64,000 bases of DNA from Azolla caroliniana (taxonomy: Eukaryota; Plantae; Polypodiophyta), in NCBI GenBank assembly GCA_043228905.1, contig JBHGNT010000015.1, forward strand, positions 9,920,001-9,984,000. The letters are read 5' to 3'. A program made the position numbers and the translations under genes. The notes beneath the pieces were generated by a model that saw only the letters and a list, made by a program, of their open reading frames with translations, had not been told where the DNA came from and did no database searches. Positions 37,477-51,319 of the stretch are shown piece by piece; positions within the stretch are counted from its first letter, which is position 1; each line of letters opens with the position of its first letter.

Positions 37477-40400
37477 TGTCGAATACAAGTGTATAATGGA
37501 CGTATTCACACTATCCCTTTGTATAGCTCAAGTTTGGGCCATTTGTGTAATTAGCATAAATGGTAGTTGCCCTAAGTCGGTCACTATATATAGTGACCTT
37601 GTAACCTTTTTGTAAGGTTGGTTGTATTATTGTTTCTATGGAATAGAAAGTCTTTTGTGCCTCTCTCTCTCTCTCTCTCTCTCTGTGCACTATCTCAGAA
37701 ACTGTCATACGCAGGTACTCAACACGAATCGAATGCTTCTTGATCTTCCGCATTGACGGCCCCTGTCTGCAACATCTGGTATCAGAGCCTGCACAGTATT
37801 CGGTCCTTCAATCCGCTGTCGGCCGTCGTCTCAGCCTGCACAGCATTCGGTTTCCTGCGTCATTCGAAGAAGAGAGAAGAAGAAGAAAAACGAGGCTTGC
37901 ATCTCATCGCGTTAGATCATCTTCGCTTGGAGTAAGCCAGCCGGTTGTACTCTGTTCCTTGTGATCGTAACCGCTCGAGGTGAAATCCCCTTGTGCAACA
38001 TTGACACGATCGTGCTCCACTCGGTTAAACGGCATCCGAAGAGGTCATTAAACGCTGCTCGCCGCTCATTGTAACCACTCGGTGCAGATCGGTCTCAAGA
38101 CAACAACCCCAATTCGTGCTTCATCCGGCTGATCGACATTCGGGAGGATCAGTTGGATCTGTCTCTCTCGTCGCTGCAGTCACCCGAAGCAGAATCGGTC
38201 CAGACAATCGGTTTCAATAATCGGTATTTGGCATATATATTCGGAAGCGAACCGGGCTCACTCCGACTTGGCAACATTCGGGAAGACCAGTCGGTTCTGT
38301 CCCTCAAGTTACCGGAGTCAATTCGAGCAAGTTCAACAACACATATATCCGAAGCCGAACCGACTCGGGTCCAAATCCGACTAGAACGATATCGGGTGAG
38401 CCAACCGGCTGCACTCCAACAAGGTTCGTAGTCAACTCCGAACCGAGCTTCGTCAACCGAAACCAAATTTGATGGCATCAACATCCGGCTCGTCAGAAAT
38501 GAGTCTACGAAAGTTCGATGGATCGAACTTCAACTTCTGGAAGGAGCAAATGCAGGACTATCTCATAGTCAAGGGGCAAATCGATCCCATCGAAAATGAA
38601 GAACCTCCAGAAGGATACAAACCAATTGAGTGGCAGAAGCTGGACAGAATCGTCCGCGCCACGATTCGGATGCACCTATCGGAATCGGTATACTTTACGG
38701 TGCAATCGTGTACGACAGCATTCGAACTGTGGAAAACACTGTCGGACACCTACGAAAAGAAGGTCGCTGCAACGAAGATGTTTCTTATTCGGCGCCTCTA
38801 CAACTTGCGGATGAAAGAATCCGATTCGGTTCAAGCACATCTAAATGAGTACGAAAGCATAAGCTCCCAAATCTCATCTCAGGGGACGGCAATCGAGGAT
38901 GAACTCAGAGCAATGATACTCATGAGCAGCCTTCCCTCATCATGGGAAACTTTCGTCACAACCGTGTGCAACGCGTCAACCACGGCTGTTAAATACTCCG
39001 AAGTCACGAGCGCAATCCTGACCGAAGCAGCTCGGAGAAAGTCTTTCGCCAAAGACTCAACAGACGACGCTTACGTAGTACAAGGTTCGACAGACCGATC
39101 GAACATACGAGGAAGAGATTCCTCACGGCAGCCGAACAATCAGCGAAGACGGAGCCAGTCACGGGATAATCGAATCTGCAACTATTGCAAGAAACCCGGA
39201 CACATCAAAGCCGACTGCCGCGCACTCAAGAACAAGAACGACAAGTCTCAGAAATCAGACAAGAAGAGTGGCCGGCATGAGGAGATCAATTACGTCAGCT
39301 TCTCAGCTGATGTGCTACCAAACGACCCGAATATACTATCAATCGAAAATCCAATCGGATCAGAAGTTCTGCTCACGACTGAAGAATCGAGCACATGGCT
39401 CTTAGATTCGGGCGCGTCATTTCACGTGACTCCTCATCGATCCCAATTTCGGCAATATACGATCCGTCACTCCGACTCAGTTCGAGTCGGCAACTCACAA
39501 CACTGTGACATCATTGGAATCGGCACAGTAGAGCTCAACCTTGCAGGTGGCTCTACACTTGTACTTCACAATGTCCGACATGTACCCGAGCTCTCAAGGC
39601 CATTGATCTCAGTCGGACAACTAGATGAAGACGGCATTCGTGCCGGTTTCTCTTCGGGAGGGTGGACACTCCACAGGGGGAACCTCCTGCTTGCTAGAGG
39701 ACCCAAGATACACTCACTGTATCCGTTACATGTTACGCTCAGGGAGGGTAACCTGTTTTTGGTGGATATTCCTGTGTCATCACTATGGCACAGAAGATTA
39801 GGACACCTCAGCAAGGCCGGCATTACGCACCTATCTAGAGCCGGATACATCCCTAAACTCTCCTTCTCTGACCATCAATTCTGCGAACATTGCCAGTATG
39901 GCAAACAAGCAGCCGCATCACACCCGACATCAGCACCAAGAGAAACGAGACCTCTCGATCTAGTCCACTCGGACGTCTGTGGCCCAATGCCGCATCAGTC
40001 TCTTGGCGGTGCCTCTTACTTCGTCAGTTTTATTGACGATTCGACTCGAAAGGTGTGGGCTTATCCAATTCGCACCAAAGATCGTGTCTTCTCGATCTTC
40101 TCCGATTGGCTCACTATGGTAGAAAATCAAACTGACCGAAAACTGAAATGCTTTCGGACTGACAATGGGGGAGAGTTCAAATCCGAAGAATTCGTCAAAT
40201 TCTGCCGACAACGCGGCATCCGACGTGAATTTACGGCACCACACAGTCCGGAGCAAAACGGGATTGCAGAACGAATGAATCGGACAATCCAAGAACGGAT
40301 AGTTTCCATGCTCCAACACTCCGGACTGTCGGATGGCTTCTGGGCAGAGGCTCTACTCACGGCAGTACACATAATCAATATGTCGCCAAGTAGACCTCTA

Positions 40401-42994
40401 GGACTTCAAATTCCTCAGGAACTATGGATCGGCAGTAAGCCGAATTACGACAAGCTGAGGATCTTCGGATGCGAGGCGTACGCCCTTATTCCAAAAGATG
40501 ATCGCCGAAAACTTGCACCTCGGTCCAGGAAATGCATTTTCCTTGGATATGGATCAGACGGCGAAATGGGATACCGACTCTGGGACCCCGAACGCAGACA
40601 AATCGTTCGAAGTTCGGACGTTGTGTTCAACGAGTCGGCTATGAATCCATCAGTCGAAAAACCGATCGAAGTCCGAAGGGTAACATTTTCCGATGTGCCG
40701 ACCCTTCAAGAAGGCCCCGCTCTTAACACACGGTCAGCTTCACGGGTAGCTGAACCTTACACTACTGACTCGGACAACTCTGACTCGGCACAGCCGAATG
40801 ATTCGCTTTCGGACCATCCGACCTCGATACCCGATGCAACCAGTCCAATCATACCTCGACGATCCGAGAGACTGTCGCAACCTCCGGAGAGGTATTCTCC
40901 TGGAATTTTCTTCACTGACGCCGGCGAACCGACGTCTTACGAAGAAGCATCGACATCTGTCGATTCAGCCACCTGGCATCTGGCGATGGAGTCGGAAATG
41001 CACTCCATTCGGGCAAACAAGACTTGGGATCTGGTCGAACTACCTAAGAATCGACGTGCTCTTCCTTGCAAGTGGGTTTATCGACTAAAAGAGACGTCTG
41101 ATTCGACCACCCCAAAGTACAAGGCCAGATTAGTTGCGAAGGGCTTCCGACAAGAATATGGCGTCGACTTCGACGAGATTTTTTCACCAGTGGTGAAAAT
41201 GACAACCCTTCGTTTTCTACTCGGCGTAGTGGCAGCCGACAACTTGGAGCTGATTCAGCTAGATGTCAAAACAGCCTTCCTCCATGGTGATCTTGAAGAG
41301 GAAATTTATATGGAGCAGCCAAAAGGCTTCGTGGCAACTGGCCAAGAACATCTAGTCTGCCGACTCAGGAAGAGTCTATACGGCCTCAAACAGGCACCGC
41401 GACAATGGTACAAGCAGTTCGACGACTTCATCCAATCGATCGGCTTCTCAAAAAGCAATGAGGACCATTGTCTTTTTACCAACACAGCTCAAGATGGATC
41501 ACCCATCTTCCTCATCATTTACGTGGACGACATGCTAATTTCTGGACGCCACGCGGGCGAACTTGCCGATCTCATTCGGCAACTGCGGTTGAAGTTTGCC
41601 ATGAAGGACCTCGGTCCGGCACGACACATCCTTGGCATGAAGATTAGTTGGCATCGCGATAAATGACATCTTTTTTTGTCTCAGACCGACTATATTGGAC
41701 GTGTCTTGGAACGCTTCAACATGCAATCAGCCAAATCTGCTTCAACCCCGCTCCCCATGAATCTTCGGCTCTCTCAGCGAGACTGCCCAACATCCGGTCC
41801 GGAGGGGGAAGATATGAAGTCGGTACCGTATGCACCAGCAGTCGGCTCCCTTATGTACCTGATGGTCGCGACACGGCCTGATATTTCTCATGCCGTAGGA
41901 GTCGTTAGCAGATTTATGCACAATCCTGGCCGATCGCATTGGAACGCAGTCAAGCATGTGTTCAAATATCTGGCTGGCACAAAAGATCACGGCATTCTTT
42001 TCGGTCCGAACTCAACCTCAAGCGTAGTCGGTTACACCGACTCGGACTTCGCCGGCTGTATAGACAGTCGGAAATCAACAACCGGATACTGCTTCAAATT
42101 CGGCAATGGAGCAATATCGTGGAAGTCGAAACTTCAGGAGTGCACAGCGACCTCAACGACCGAAGCAGAATATGTAGCTGCGTCCGACGCTGCAAAAGAA
42201 GCTTTGTGGCTCGGCCGGCTGGCGCACACGTTTCGGCAAGTCGACCACGACTCGACTCCAGTTGTCTATAGCGACAGTCAAGGTGTTGTTGCCTTGTCGA
42301 GAAATCCGGTTCACCACAACGCCTCCAAACATATCGACGTTTGATATCACTTCGTTCGGGACTGCGTCATTTCAGGGAAAATCGGTCTAGAGAAAATATC
42401 CACAACCGACAATGTCGCAGATGGAATGACCAAGTGTCTTTCGGCAGACCGCTTTCGGTCCCTTCGGCATCAGATGGGCGTAACGACAAACCAGTCCGGT
42501 TAGAGCCGGACACAGCGCAGGATGGTTTCGGACAACCGACATCAGTTCCTTAATGATCGGCTTCAACTCTTCCGACCCGACCAGTCCAGTCTTCTGCCTT
42601 CGGACCCTGCCGACTCGAACAAAACTGATATGTCCGAGAACCTAGGTTTATACCTGTAATCTTAGATAACCCATGTATACGCCCATTACGGGGGAGTGTC
42701 GAATACAAGTGTATAATGGACGTATTCACACTATCCCTTTGTATAGCTCAAGTTTGGGCCATTTGTGTAATTAGCATAAATGGTAGTTGCCCTAAGTCGG
42801 TCACTATATATAGTGACCTTGTAACCTTTTTGTAAGGTTGGTTGTATTATTGTTTCTATGGAATAGAAAGTCTTTTGTGCCTCTCTCTCTCTCTCTCTCT
42901 CTCTGTGCACTATCTCAGAAACTGTCATACGCAGGTACTCAACACGAATCGAATGCTTCTTGATCTTCCGCATTGACGGCCCCTGTCTGCAACA
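37477..42994 (+). mobile_element. Ty1/copia family C copy 1, full length, very recent
   Basis: 298-bp LTRs 37477..37774 and 42697..42994 appear identical; perfect TSD AAACT; Met PBS 37777..37788; PPT 42688..42696. Confidence 0.98.
38472..42503 (+). pseudogene. copia gag-pol polyprotein (about 1340 codons) with two in-frame TGA stops
   Basis: One frame: gag, CNYCKKPGHIKADC, WLLDSGAS, integrase, RT (YVDD), RNase H; TGA at 41664..41666 and 42342..42344. Confidence 0.95.
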
Positions 42995-45620
42995 AAACTG
43001 GCCGGAAGCTGAAAGCGGTTCGAGCAGACAACAGAGGAGAATATCGGGGGCAGTTCGAGGAGTACTGTCGGTCGAAGCGAATCCGGCTCAAATTCACCAT
43101 GCCAAAGACGCTGGAATTGAACAGGTTGGCCGAACGGATGAACTGAACCATAATGGAGAGAGACTGAAGCATGCTAGAACATGCAAAGTTACCCAAGACG
43201 TTTTGGGCTGAGGCACTGATGACGGCAATGTATGTGATTAACAGGTCACCCTCGGCACCCTTGGAAGGAGACACACCACAGAGAGTATGGACCGGTAAAG
43301 AGGTGTCTTACCAGCATTTGAAGGTGTTCGGGTGTCTCGCATATGTGCATGTTGCACAGGACAAGAGAGCAAAGTTGGATGCGAAGTCCAAGCCATGCAT
43401 ATTCCTCGGATATGGCGATGACCAGTTTGGCTACCGAGTGTGGGACCTAGTCGACAAGAAGGTTTTCTAGAGTCAGGACATTATCTTCATGGAGGATAAG
43501 ACCATTGCCGACTAGGAGTTAGAGAAAAGATAATGAATTCCGGGTCGACAGGCAAAGATCAATTGAAGGAGCTGAGGACCCATCCGGCCGGAAGCCGGAT
43601 GACACTTGAAGAACCGGCCGGATTCGGAGCAAAAACCGAACCGACCGAAGAAGAAGAAGAGGAAGCTAAAACCAGAACCGGACAAGACCCTGAATCGGAT
43701 TTGGATGAGGAACAGACGGAAGAACCGGTTGCTTAAAACCAAGGTCGGAGATATCCTCTCCGAGAGAGAAGAGTGCCCCGGAGATTTCCAGATGTAGAGC
43801 ATGTGTTGCTAACCGATGAGGGGGAGCTGGAAAGCTTCGAAGAAGCAAAGAGAGGCACCCACAACCACAAGTGGTTGAGTGCCATGCAGGATGAGATGGA
43901 CTCCCTGCATGAGAACCACACATATGAACTAACGGAGTTACCAAAAGGGAAGAGAGCACTTCGGAATAAGTGGGTGTACAAGCTGAAACCGGGAGACGCC
44001 GGAAATCCACCGAGGTACAAGGCCCGAATCGTAGAGAAGGGTTTCCAATAGAAGAAAGGTGTGGATTTCAATGAGATCTTTGCCCCGGCAGTAAAGATGA
44101 CATCCATCCAGGCAGTATTCAACATAGTGGCAAGCATGGACCTCGAGGTAAAGCAACTGGACGTCAAGACAACAATCCTACATGGTGACCTCGAAGAAGA
44201 GATCTACATGCATCAACCGGAAGGATTTGAGAAGAATGGGAAGGAGCACCTGGTGTCCCAGTTGAAGAAGAGGTTATACGGATTGAAGCAAGCCCCCCGG
44301 CAATGGTATTGAAAGTTCGACTCCTTCATGACAGATCAAGGGTACCACAAGACGCAAGCCGATCACTACTTGTTTGTGAAGAAATTTGACGGAGGAGATT
44401 TCCTGATATTGCTCCTGTACGTGGATGACATGTTGATCGTCGAATGAGACCAAGTCAAGATACGAATGTTGAAGAAGGCCCTAAACCGAACATTCTCAAT
44501 GAAAGACTTGGGTCCAGCAAGACAGATTTTGGGGATGCACATCATTCGGGACCGGTCGGAGAAGTTGTTGTGGTTGTCACAGGAGAAGTACGTGACACGA
44601 CAACTTCCAGCAAATTGCAACTTGTCTGGAAAGCAAAGCCCGAAGACAAAGGCAGAGAAGTCGGATATGACGAAGATACCATATGCCTCTACCGTCGAAA
44701 GCTTAATGTATGCAATGGTGTGCACCTGGCCGGATATTGCATATGTTGTCAGAGTAGTCAGTCGGTTCATGAGCAATCCAGGAAGAGAGCACTAGAACAC
44801 GGTCAAGTGGATACTCCCGTATCTAAAAGGCACCTCGAGTATGTGCCTCCGGTTTGGCTCTAGTAAACCCCAACTTGACGGATTCACGGATTCAGATATG
44901 TCGGCTGATGCAGATACCAACCGGTTTACATCCGGATATGTCATGACTTATGCAGGGGGAGCTATATCATGGCAGTCAAGGCTGCAAAAGTTCGTTGCAT
45001 TGTCGACAATGGAAGCGGAGTACATGGCAGCTGTGGAAGCCGACAAGGAGATAATCTGGATGAAGGACTTCATCGGAGAGCTAGGGATCCGACATGAGGA
45101 ATTCTGTCTCTACTACGACAATCAAAGTGCCATCCACCTTGCGAAGAATGCAACCTACCATTCCTACACGAAGCACATCCAGCAGAGGTATCACTGGATC
45201 CGAGAGAGAGTAGAAGATCAGGACTTCGTGTTGATGAAGATCCACACGAAGGAGAACGGATCGGATATGCTGACTAAGGTGTTATCGGCTGACAAACTGG
45301 ATACGTGCTGGAAACGGATCAGATTAATGAGAAATCCCATGCCGGAGTGAAGGTGGAGTTTGTTAGGAATTCGGTCCCTCCGGATGGGATCCAGATGAGA
45401 ATCAGAGGAGCCAGATGAAGATGTCGGATTCGGAAGGGTTCCGGATAAGATCTGGAAACCGGAACCAATGAATCCGGATGGATCCGGTGCGAACCGGATC
45501 CAAGGACATATTTGTAAATATGTTAGGATAAGCTCACTAATGCTATATTTGTAAATAGCCCAAAATTCATATAAGTATAAATATGACTTAGGGCAATCAC
45601 TTTATAGTTATCAGTGACGT

Positions 45621-46538
45621 TGTCGCGGTTTTCCGTGGGTACGTGTCAAAAGGGGCGGGACCACGAGGGTCTCGAAGGAGGTAGAGATGGATGTCGAGAA
45701 GCCGACTGTCTCCGGTCCCGGCTGCATTGGTTGTGGTGCAAGGCGAAGCGATTCCGGTCGCATACCAACGGCTACTGAACACGAGAGAGGGAGAGAGAGA
45801 GACCATGCGCGCAACACCGACTCAACACACGCCTCTTATGTACAGGAAACAAAGGGAAAAGAAACGCACCCGACACCAACAGAGACAGAAATATGCACAA
45901 CTCTTTATATGTATAGTTACAAGAGCAAGATACAACTCTGGCTTCAAGCCGGACCACGGTAGGTTGGGTTACAACAATCGTCTGCTGCCAAGCCGCCGAT
46001 CAGGGAGCTCTCGGGCTCGTCGCGCCGAGCGGGGTCTTGCATAAGAGACCAAGCAGAAGCAAACCCCACTGAACATACAAGCTCCTCACCAGACTAAACC
46101 CTAAACAAACACGAAGGAGAAGAAGAAGTCAAAGAACCCTAACCGAAAACAAGAAAGTAAGAAGAAGAAGAAAGCTGTCAAGATGAAACCTTAAAATGAA
46201 ATACGGTGAAAAGACCAAAGTAGAAACCCTAAGGGAACAAGGATAAGATGAAGAGGAAGAACACTACCAAACCCTAGACCTAAGTGGTATACCCTCCTAA
46301 CTCAAAATGGGCAACCCTTTTGCAAGGGACCCTCCCTTCCTTTTATAGCACAAGGAAGGAGGTGCGTAACAATGTGGGATAAATCCCGATTTACATGGGA
46401 TTCTCTATCCTGACTTGACTCCTACTCGACACCATAAAGGCACCCCTATTATTTACAGTGGGTAAGTGCACATGATGCACTCCGTTGATTCTTCCGATAT
46501 CCCCCGGTTTCTCACCATGGCTTAGAATCTTCACGACA
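45621..46538 (-). repeat. solo LTR (TGTCG..CGACA type) inserted in the A3 3' LTR
   Basis: Inverted termini TGTCGCG / CACGACA, flanks ACGT/ACGG, TATA on minus about 46341..46349; the A-family LTR resumes after it. Confidence 0.82.
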
Positions 46539-46835
46539 ACGGTGTTGTTGTACCATCGTTATACACAGAGCGTGAGACAGAGAGAGAGAGAGAGATAGAA
46601 CTAGTTTTTTTGTTGTAACCACCGGTTGGTGAAGACATAGAGCTCGAGGTCGTTGCCTCTAAGTCTCACATTGTATTCCTCCCCTCATAATGATAGTTGG
46701 ATTCTGTGGGCTCCCATGGTTTTTCCCATTTAGGGTTTCCACGTAAACATCTTGGGTCATCTAGTTGTTACTTTGATTTTCTTCCATTCGTTGTTTAAGA
46801 CTCGGTTCTGGCCGAGCACTATTTTCCGCACATTT

Positions 46836-48574
46836 CCCCTCTTCTTCGATGTAGCAACCAAGATGCATGAATCGAATTTGCATCCCCTGGTCGATGATCT
46901 ATCCGACAGACACCAGGTTCTTTGTTATTGTCGGGACATGTAGCACGTTCATGAATTTCCCTTTCTACCCGACGTGGTTGAGGGCAACTTCACTGACATG
47001 TTCGAGGGTATGCGGAGTGTCATCTCCAGTTTCGACCACTCCTTGTTTTTCCAGTTTCTCCAAGTTCGAGGTGTTCATTGCCATCAAATCGGCCTTTTGC
47101 TTCATTATGAAGGTTGGGCCCGATCCATTTTTGGCTCGTTCGGAGCCCTTGGCGTATTGCGATCGCTGCCGATTTCCTTATTCGGTCCGCCCGGAGCCGG
47201 ATGTGATTTTCTCCAAATTGGCGTGTTTCTTCCCGCACTCGCTCTCCCTATGGCCTTTCTTGCCACAGTACCAGCATTCCGTGGTAGGCTTTCCTTGTTG
47301 GTTTTCGGCGCCGCCTCGATGCCCCCTACTTCCGGAGGGTCTGGAACTATTGTTGGCATTACGGCCATGCCTTCCATCTTGCTCCTATCGGCTGCCTCCA
47401 TTGAGCACTGATTCACCTTGTCCGCCACGACCACGGGGCCTATCTTCCTCCGTGTACCACATCTTGTTGTCGGCGTGCGTACTCATTGATGCACCCGCGT
47501 GGTTCTCCTCTACTAGGAGCATCGACTGTAAGTCGGAAAACGGCGGCATATTCTCCCTCGTACAGACTGCAATTCAGAAAGCTCTGATCTTCGACGTTAA
47601 CCCTGCGAGGCAGACCTGCACCATTTCGTCCTCTTGGACGTTTACATTGACAGAGGCGAGAGAGTCACAGATGTCCTTGATCTTGAAGGTGTAATCAGCC
47701 ACCGACATATCTCGTTGTCGAACATTGCTCAACTCTTGCTTGAGTTGGAGCTTTTTGGCTGTGGTGCTCGCAGCAAAAATCTTTTTCAGATTTCCCCAAG
47801 CATCCTTCGGCATCCTTGCATCCTGAATGTAGCTCAGATGTTGATCGCTCACATAGGATGCGAAGCAATAGAAAAATCTACTTGCCGCCTGTTCCTAGGC
47901 TGGGAAATCTCTGTGTGTCAATTCGGGTGTTGTGTCAGTAGCTCCATCGACATAACTCCAGTAGCCATGCCCGAGCAGGTACTGGTGCATCTTGTACAAC
48001 CAAGATGCGTAGTTGCTTCTGTCGAGCTTCTCCATTGGAAGAGAGGTACTACCCATTCCTCTATCCATTCTTTCCTTCTTATGTTCTTCACCGTGATTAA
48101 GGTTTGTCTGTTTGTGGGCAGGAGCGGATCTTAACCCTCGCGCTTTGATATCATGTAAAAGAATACGTGCGGAAGCTTAACAGACACAACCGGGTAACGA
48201 TAGATAAAAGACACGAGACAAGGAAGATAAGGAAAGTTTAATGGAAATCTTAATCAACACAACGTACGCGGGAGAGACAGAGAGAGCAGAACATAGAAAA
48301 CTCTATACCAAAATAATACTCTAAAACTCTGTACATAGGACGTGCTCAAAGAGCACTTTTACACAAGTCCATACGGACTAACAGAAGTACTGACATGTAT
48401 TTCAATGCTCATCAATGAACCCCTACACTAACTCCCAAAAATATATTCCTCCACGGAATATCTATCCAACAACCTCTCGGTTTACGCACCGCTATGACCA
48501 CTCATTGCGCACCCAGTTTACGCACTAGTTTACGCATCGGTTTATGCATCCAATGTTGACCTTGTATCTCAACA
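46836..48574 (-). mobile_element. Ty1/copia family H copy 2, 5' fragment
   Basis: LTR 48154..48574 (TG..CA), degenerate Met PBS 48142..48153, gag 47574..47852, CWYCGKKGH knuckle about 47245..47280; protease partly deleted. Confidence 0.85.
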
Positions 48575-48872
48575 AGAATCAGATCTTTGATGGGAATGCC
48601 CAGATCCTTCAATATTCTTTTAAGCCAAATAGCTTCACATGCGGCGATAGTCGCGCCCCTATATACAACTTCTGTGCTCAACAATGCGACTGTCAATTGC
48701 TTCTTACTACTCGACGATATGGCTCCACTACCGAGGGAGAAGACAAAACCAAATGTTGATCGTCTATCAGCTTTGTAGTGAACCCATTCGGTATCAGTGT
48801 ACCCTTTGAGTCGAATCAGTGTGGCTGATTTGTAGAGGATGTCGAAATCCATCATCCACTTACATAGCGTAA
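48575..48872 (-). pseudogene. copia RNase H fragment
   Basis: LKGYTD..DRRSTFGFVFSLGSGAIS..KKQ.TVAL.STE.. Confidence 0.85.
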
Positions 48873-50511
48873 CACTATAAAATTCTCTGTATATACAACA
48901 TGCTCAACAGCACTATTTATACAAGTCCTAAGAGGACTGACAGAAGTATAGTGTACTTCAAAGCTCACACGAGCGTCTGACACTAACTACGAGACATTAA
49001 CTACCTAGTAGTCTAGGCTGCTACTAGGCTTCCGATTACTGCTTGATCCGGCTAACTGGCTCACTAATCCGGCTCATCCTTCCGGATGCCGATCCAGCTC
49101 AAGCTTATTCAACCGATCCGGATCCGCTTGAGCTTGCCGCTCAACAGTCCCCCTCAAGCTCAACTTGAGGTCGGATCGTAGTGTCAGTCTCCATGACAGC
49201 CGGTCCTTCCACCCGGCTCCTTCTAGTGTCACTCCGCCTCGTCCGGTCCGGTCTTGTTTGCCATGACCCTTTTGATTCTGCGCACCTCGACCTGCTCGGT
49301 CGGCATGTCTGCACAACAGGCCCAATTCAGCTCCCTCGCTATTGTGACTTCAGCGCTTCGCCGATTCGCCGATTCCTTCGTGTTGGCGTTGACTTTCACT
49401 GTCTTCTCGTCCTCTTAGCCTTGAATTGATCCGGTTCTTCCAAATCCGTCTGTTGAACCGAATCGGCTATCTCCGATTCATTCCACCTCTTGTCCGAATT
49501 GGTCGCTCCCGATTCGTCTTCCAGTTCCAGGCCCTTCACCACATCGGACCATGTCCGGGTCTTGGCCTTCTTCTTTCGGTCAGCTCTATCCTTCTTGGCT
49601 CTGTCGTCGTTGCTGCTTGTTCCGACTTGTTTGGATGTGTCAACTTCCTTTGTCGACTCGGCTCCTTTCTTCTTCTTGTCTCTCCCTTTGTCGGCAGTTT
49701 CTTTGCCTTTGCTCGTTCCGGTGTCTTTGCCCGTTCTCCCCCTCAAGTGTGGCACGTCGAGATACTGAACACCAAGCATTTTGGTGAAGTGTTGCAACTT
49801 GTCCGATTCGAGCAGTTTGGTGAAGATGTCGGCAACCTGCCGATCCGTATGAACATACCGAAGTTCGACTTCAGCACCCAGGACACGCTCATGCACGAAG
49901 TGGTAGTGCACTTCTATGTGCTTTGTGCGAGCATGGAGTAGGGGGTTGCTAGCGAGCTGCATGCTGCTTATGTTGTCGCAATAGATTAGGATCGGGGGTT
50001 GGCACCTCGACCCGCAGGTCTTGCAGTAGTTGCCGAAGCCAAATGGCTTCACAGGTGGCAACGGTAGCGCCCCGGTATTCAGCCTCAATGCTCGAAAGGG
50101 CCATTGTTGGCTATTTTTTGTTGCTCCACGCAACAGTCGCGCTACCAAGGGAAAACGTATAGCCGGAGGTGGATCAGCGATCCGATGCATCGCCAGCCCA
50201 GTCGGCATCAGTGTAGCCGACTAGCTCTTCGGTTATACCATGTTGGTTCCAGTCCAAGGGTGTGGAGATCGGTTGGCATTCCGTCATGCCGAACTTGTAC
50301 AGCATATTCAACACATAGTGTCTTTGTGAGAGCAATATGCCGTCGGGGGCTCGGATCACCTCGATCCCAAGGAAATAGTGAAGGTCCCCCAGGTCCTTCA
50401 TCTCAAATGCGTCTGACAGTTGGGACTTGACTCGCCTGATTTCATCAAGTCCGGGTCCAATGATGACTAGATCATCAACATACAGCAAGATGCAAACCGG
50501 ACCATCCGGAC

Positions 50512-51319
50512 CATGGTTGTTTACATACCCATATTTAACGTTTAAATACATATAATACCTCATAATTTGTATAGTACGTATTATACCTCAATGTTGTTGA
50601 GTCAAATATCATGTACATTTTTTCCGATACGGTATTTAACGTACATTTGAAAAAATACGTATAATACGTATTTATAAAAAAAATGCAAGTAAAACCCCAT
50701 CAAAAAGCAAAAGAAAAAAAATAGTGAAAACAAAGCAAAAAGAAGGAAGAAAGAAAATGACGATGAAGAAGAAGAAGAAGAAGAAAAAGAGAGAAAATAA
50801 GACTGAAACCTGTCCCGACTCTAAGTGTGATGATCACAGAAGATAGAAGATGATGATGATGATGAAGAAGACAGAAAAGAAGACAGAAATGTATAGTGAG
50901 TGTGATAATCGTAGATGATTCCTAAATCTATGAGGGTATAATCGTAAATAATTACAATTTGAAGTAGAACATCGTGATACACACACTAATTTATAGAACA
51001 AGTGAATGTTGAGATCCATATTAATAAGTATTTTAGGATGTGAAATGTTCAAAAGTCTTATATGCATTTTGGGATGTAGAACTATAATGTACATCACAAA
51101 TTTATGTAAACATAGATGCTTTTTACAATATTACACATATTTTTTAGAAAGGTAAGTAATTTTTCAAATTCTAGAAGTATTTAACGCACTATACGTAAAA
51201 TACGTATTTTATAAGTATTTAACATCTAACGTATTTTTAAATTGGGAGGTACTATATGCGTATTAATACGTTAAATACGTATGGTATCTATACCGTATCT
51301 AACGTACCTAACAACCTTG
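50512..51319. mobile_element. hAT-type MITE / non-autonomous DNA transposon
   Basis: TIRs CAWGGTTGTT; 8-bp TSD ATCCGGAC/GTCCGGAC; AT-rich with subterminal ACGTA/TACGT repeats; removal restores RT FIRQGPDGPVCILLYVDD. Confidence 0.88.

Larger units (their letters stand above)
36822..46835 (+). mobile_element. Ty1/copia family A copy 3, 5'-truncated, with two nested insertions
   Basis: PR-IN 36822..37476, resumes at 43000 (ERET|GRKLK), RT/RH to 45350, PPT about 45349..45360, 3' LTR 45361..45620 plus 46543..about 46835. Confidence 0.92.

Noticed and set aside
46867-47694. 275-aa plus-strand ORF (and similar long antisense ORFs such as 25612..26379 and 58585..59238)
   Set aside because: Antisense shadows of gag/pol coding sequence.
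49990-50210. Apparently novel N-terminus of ORF 49396..50208
   Set aside because: It is ordinary copia RNase H (RSTSGYTFSLGS..EAEYR..CEAIWL) read out of frame because of indels.
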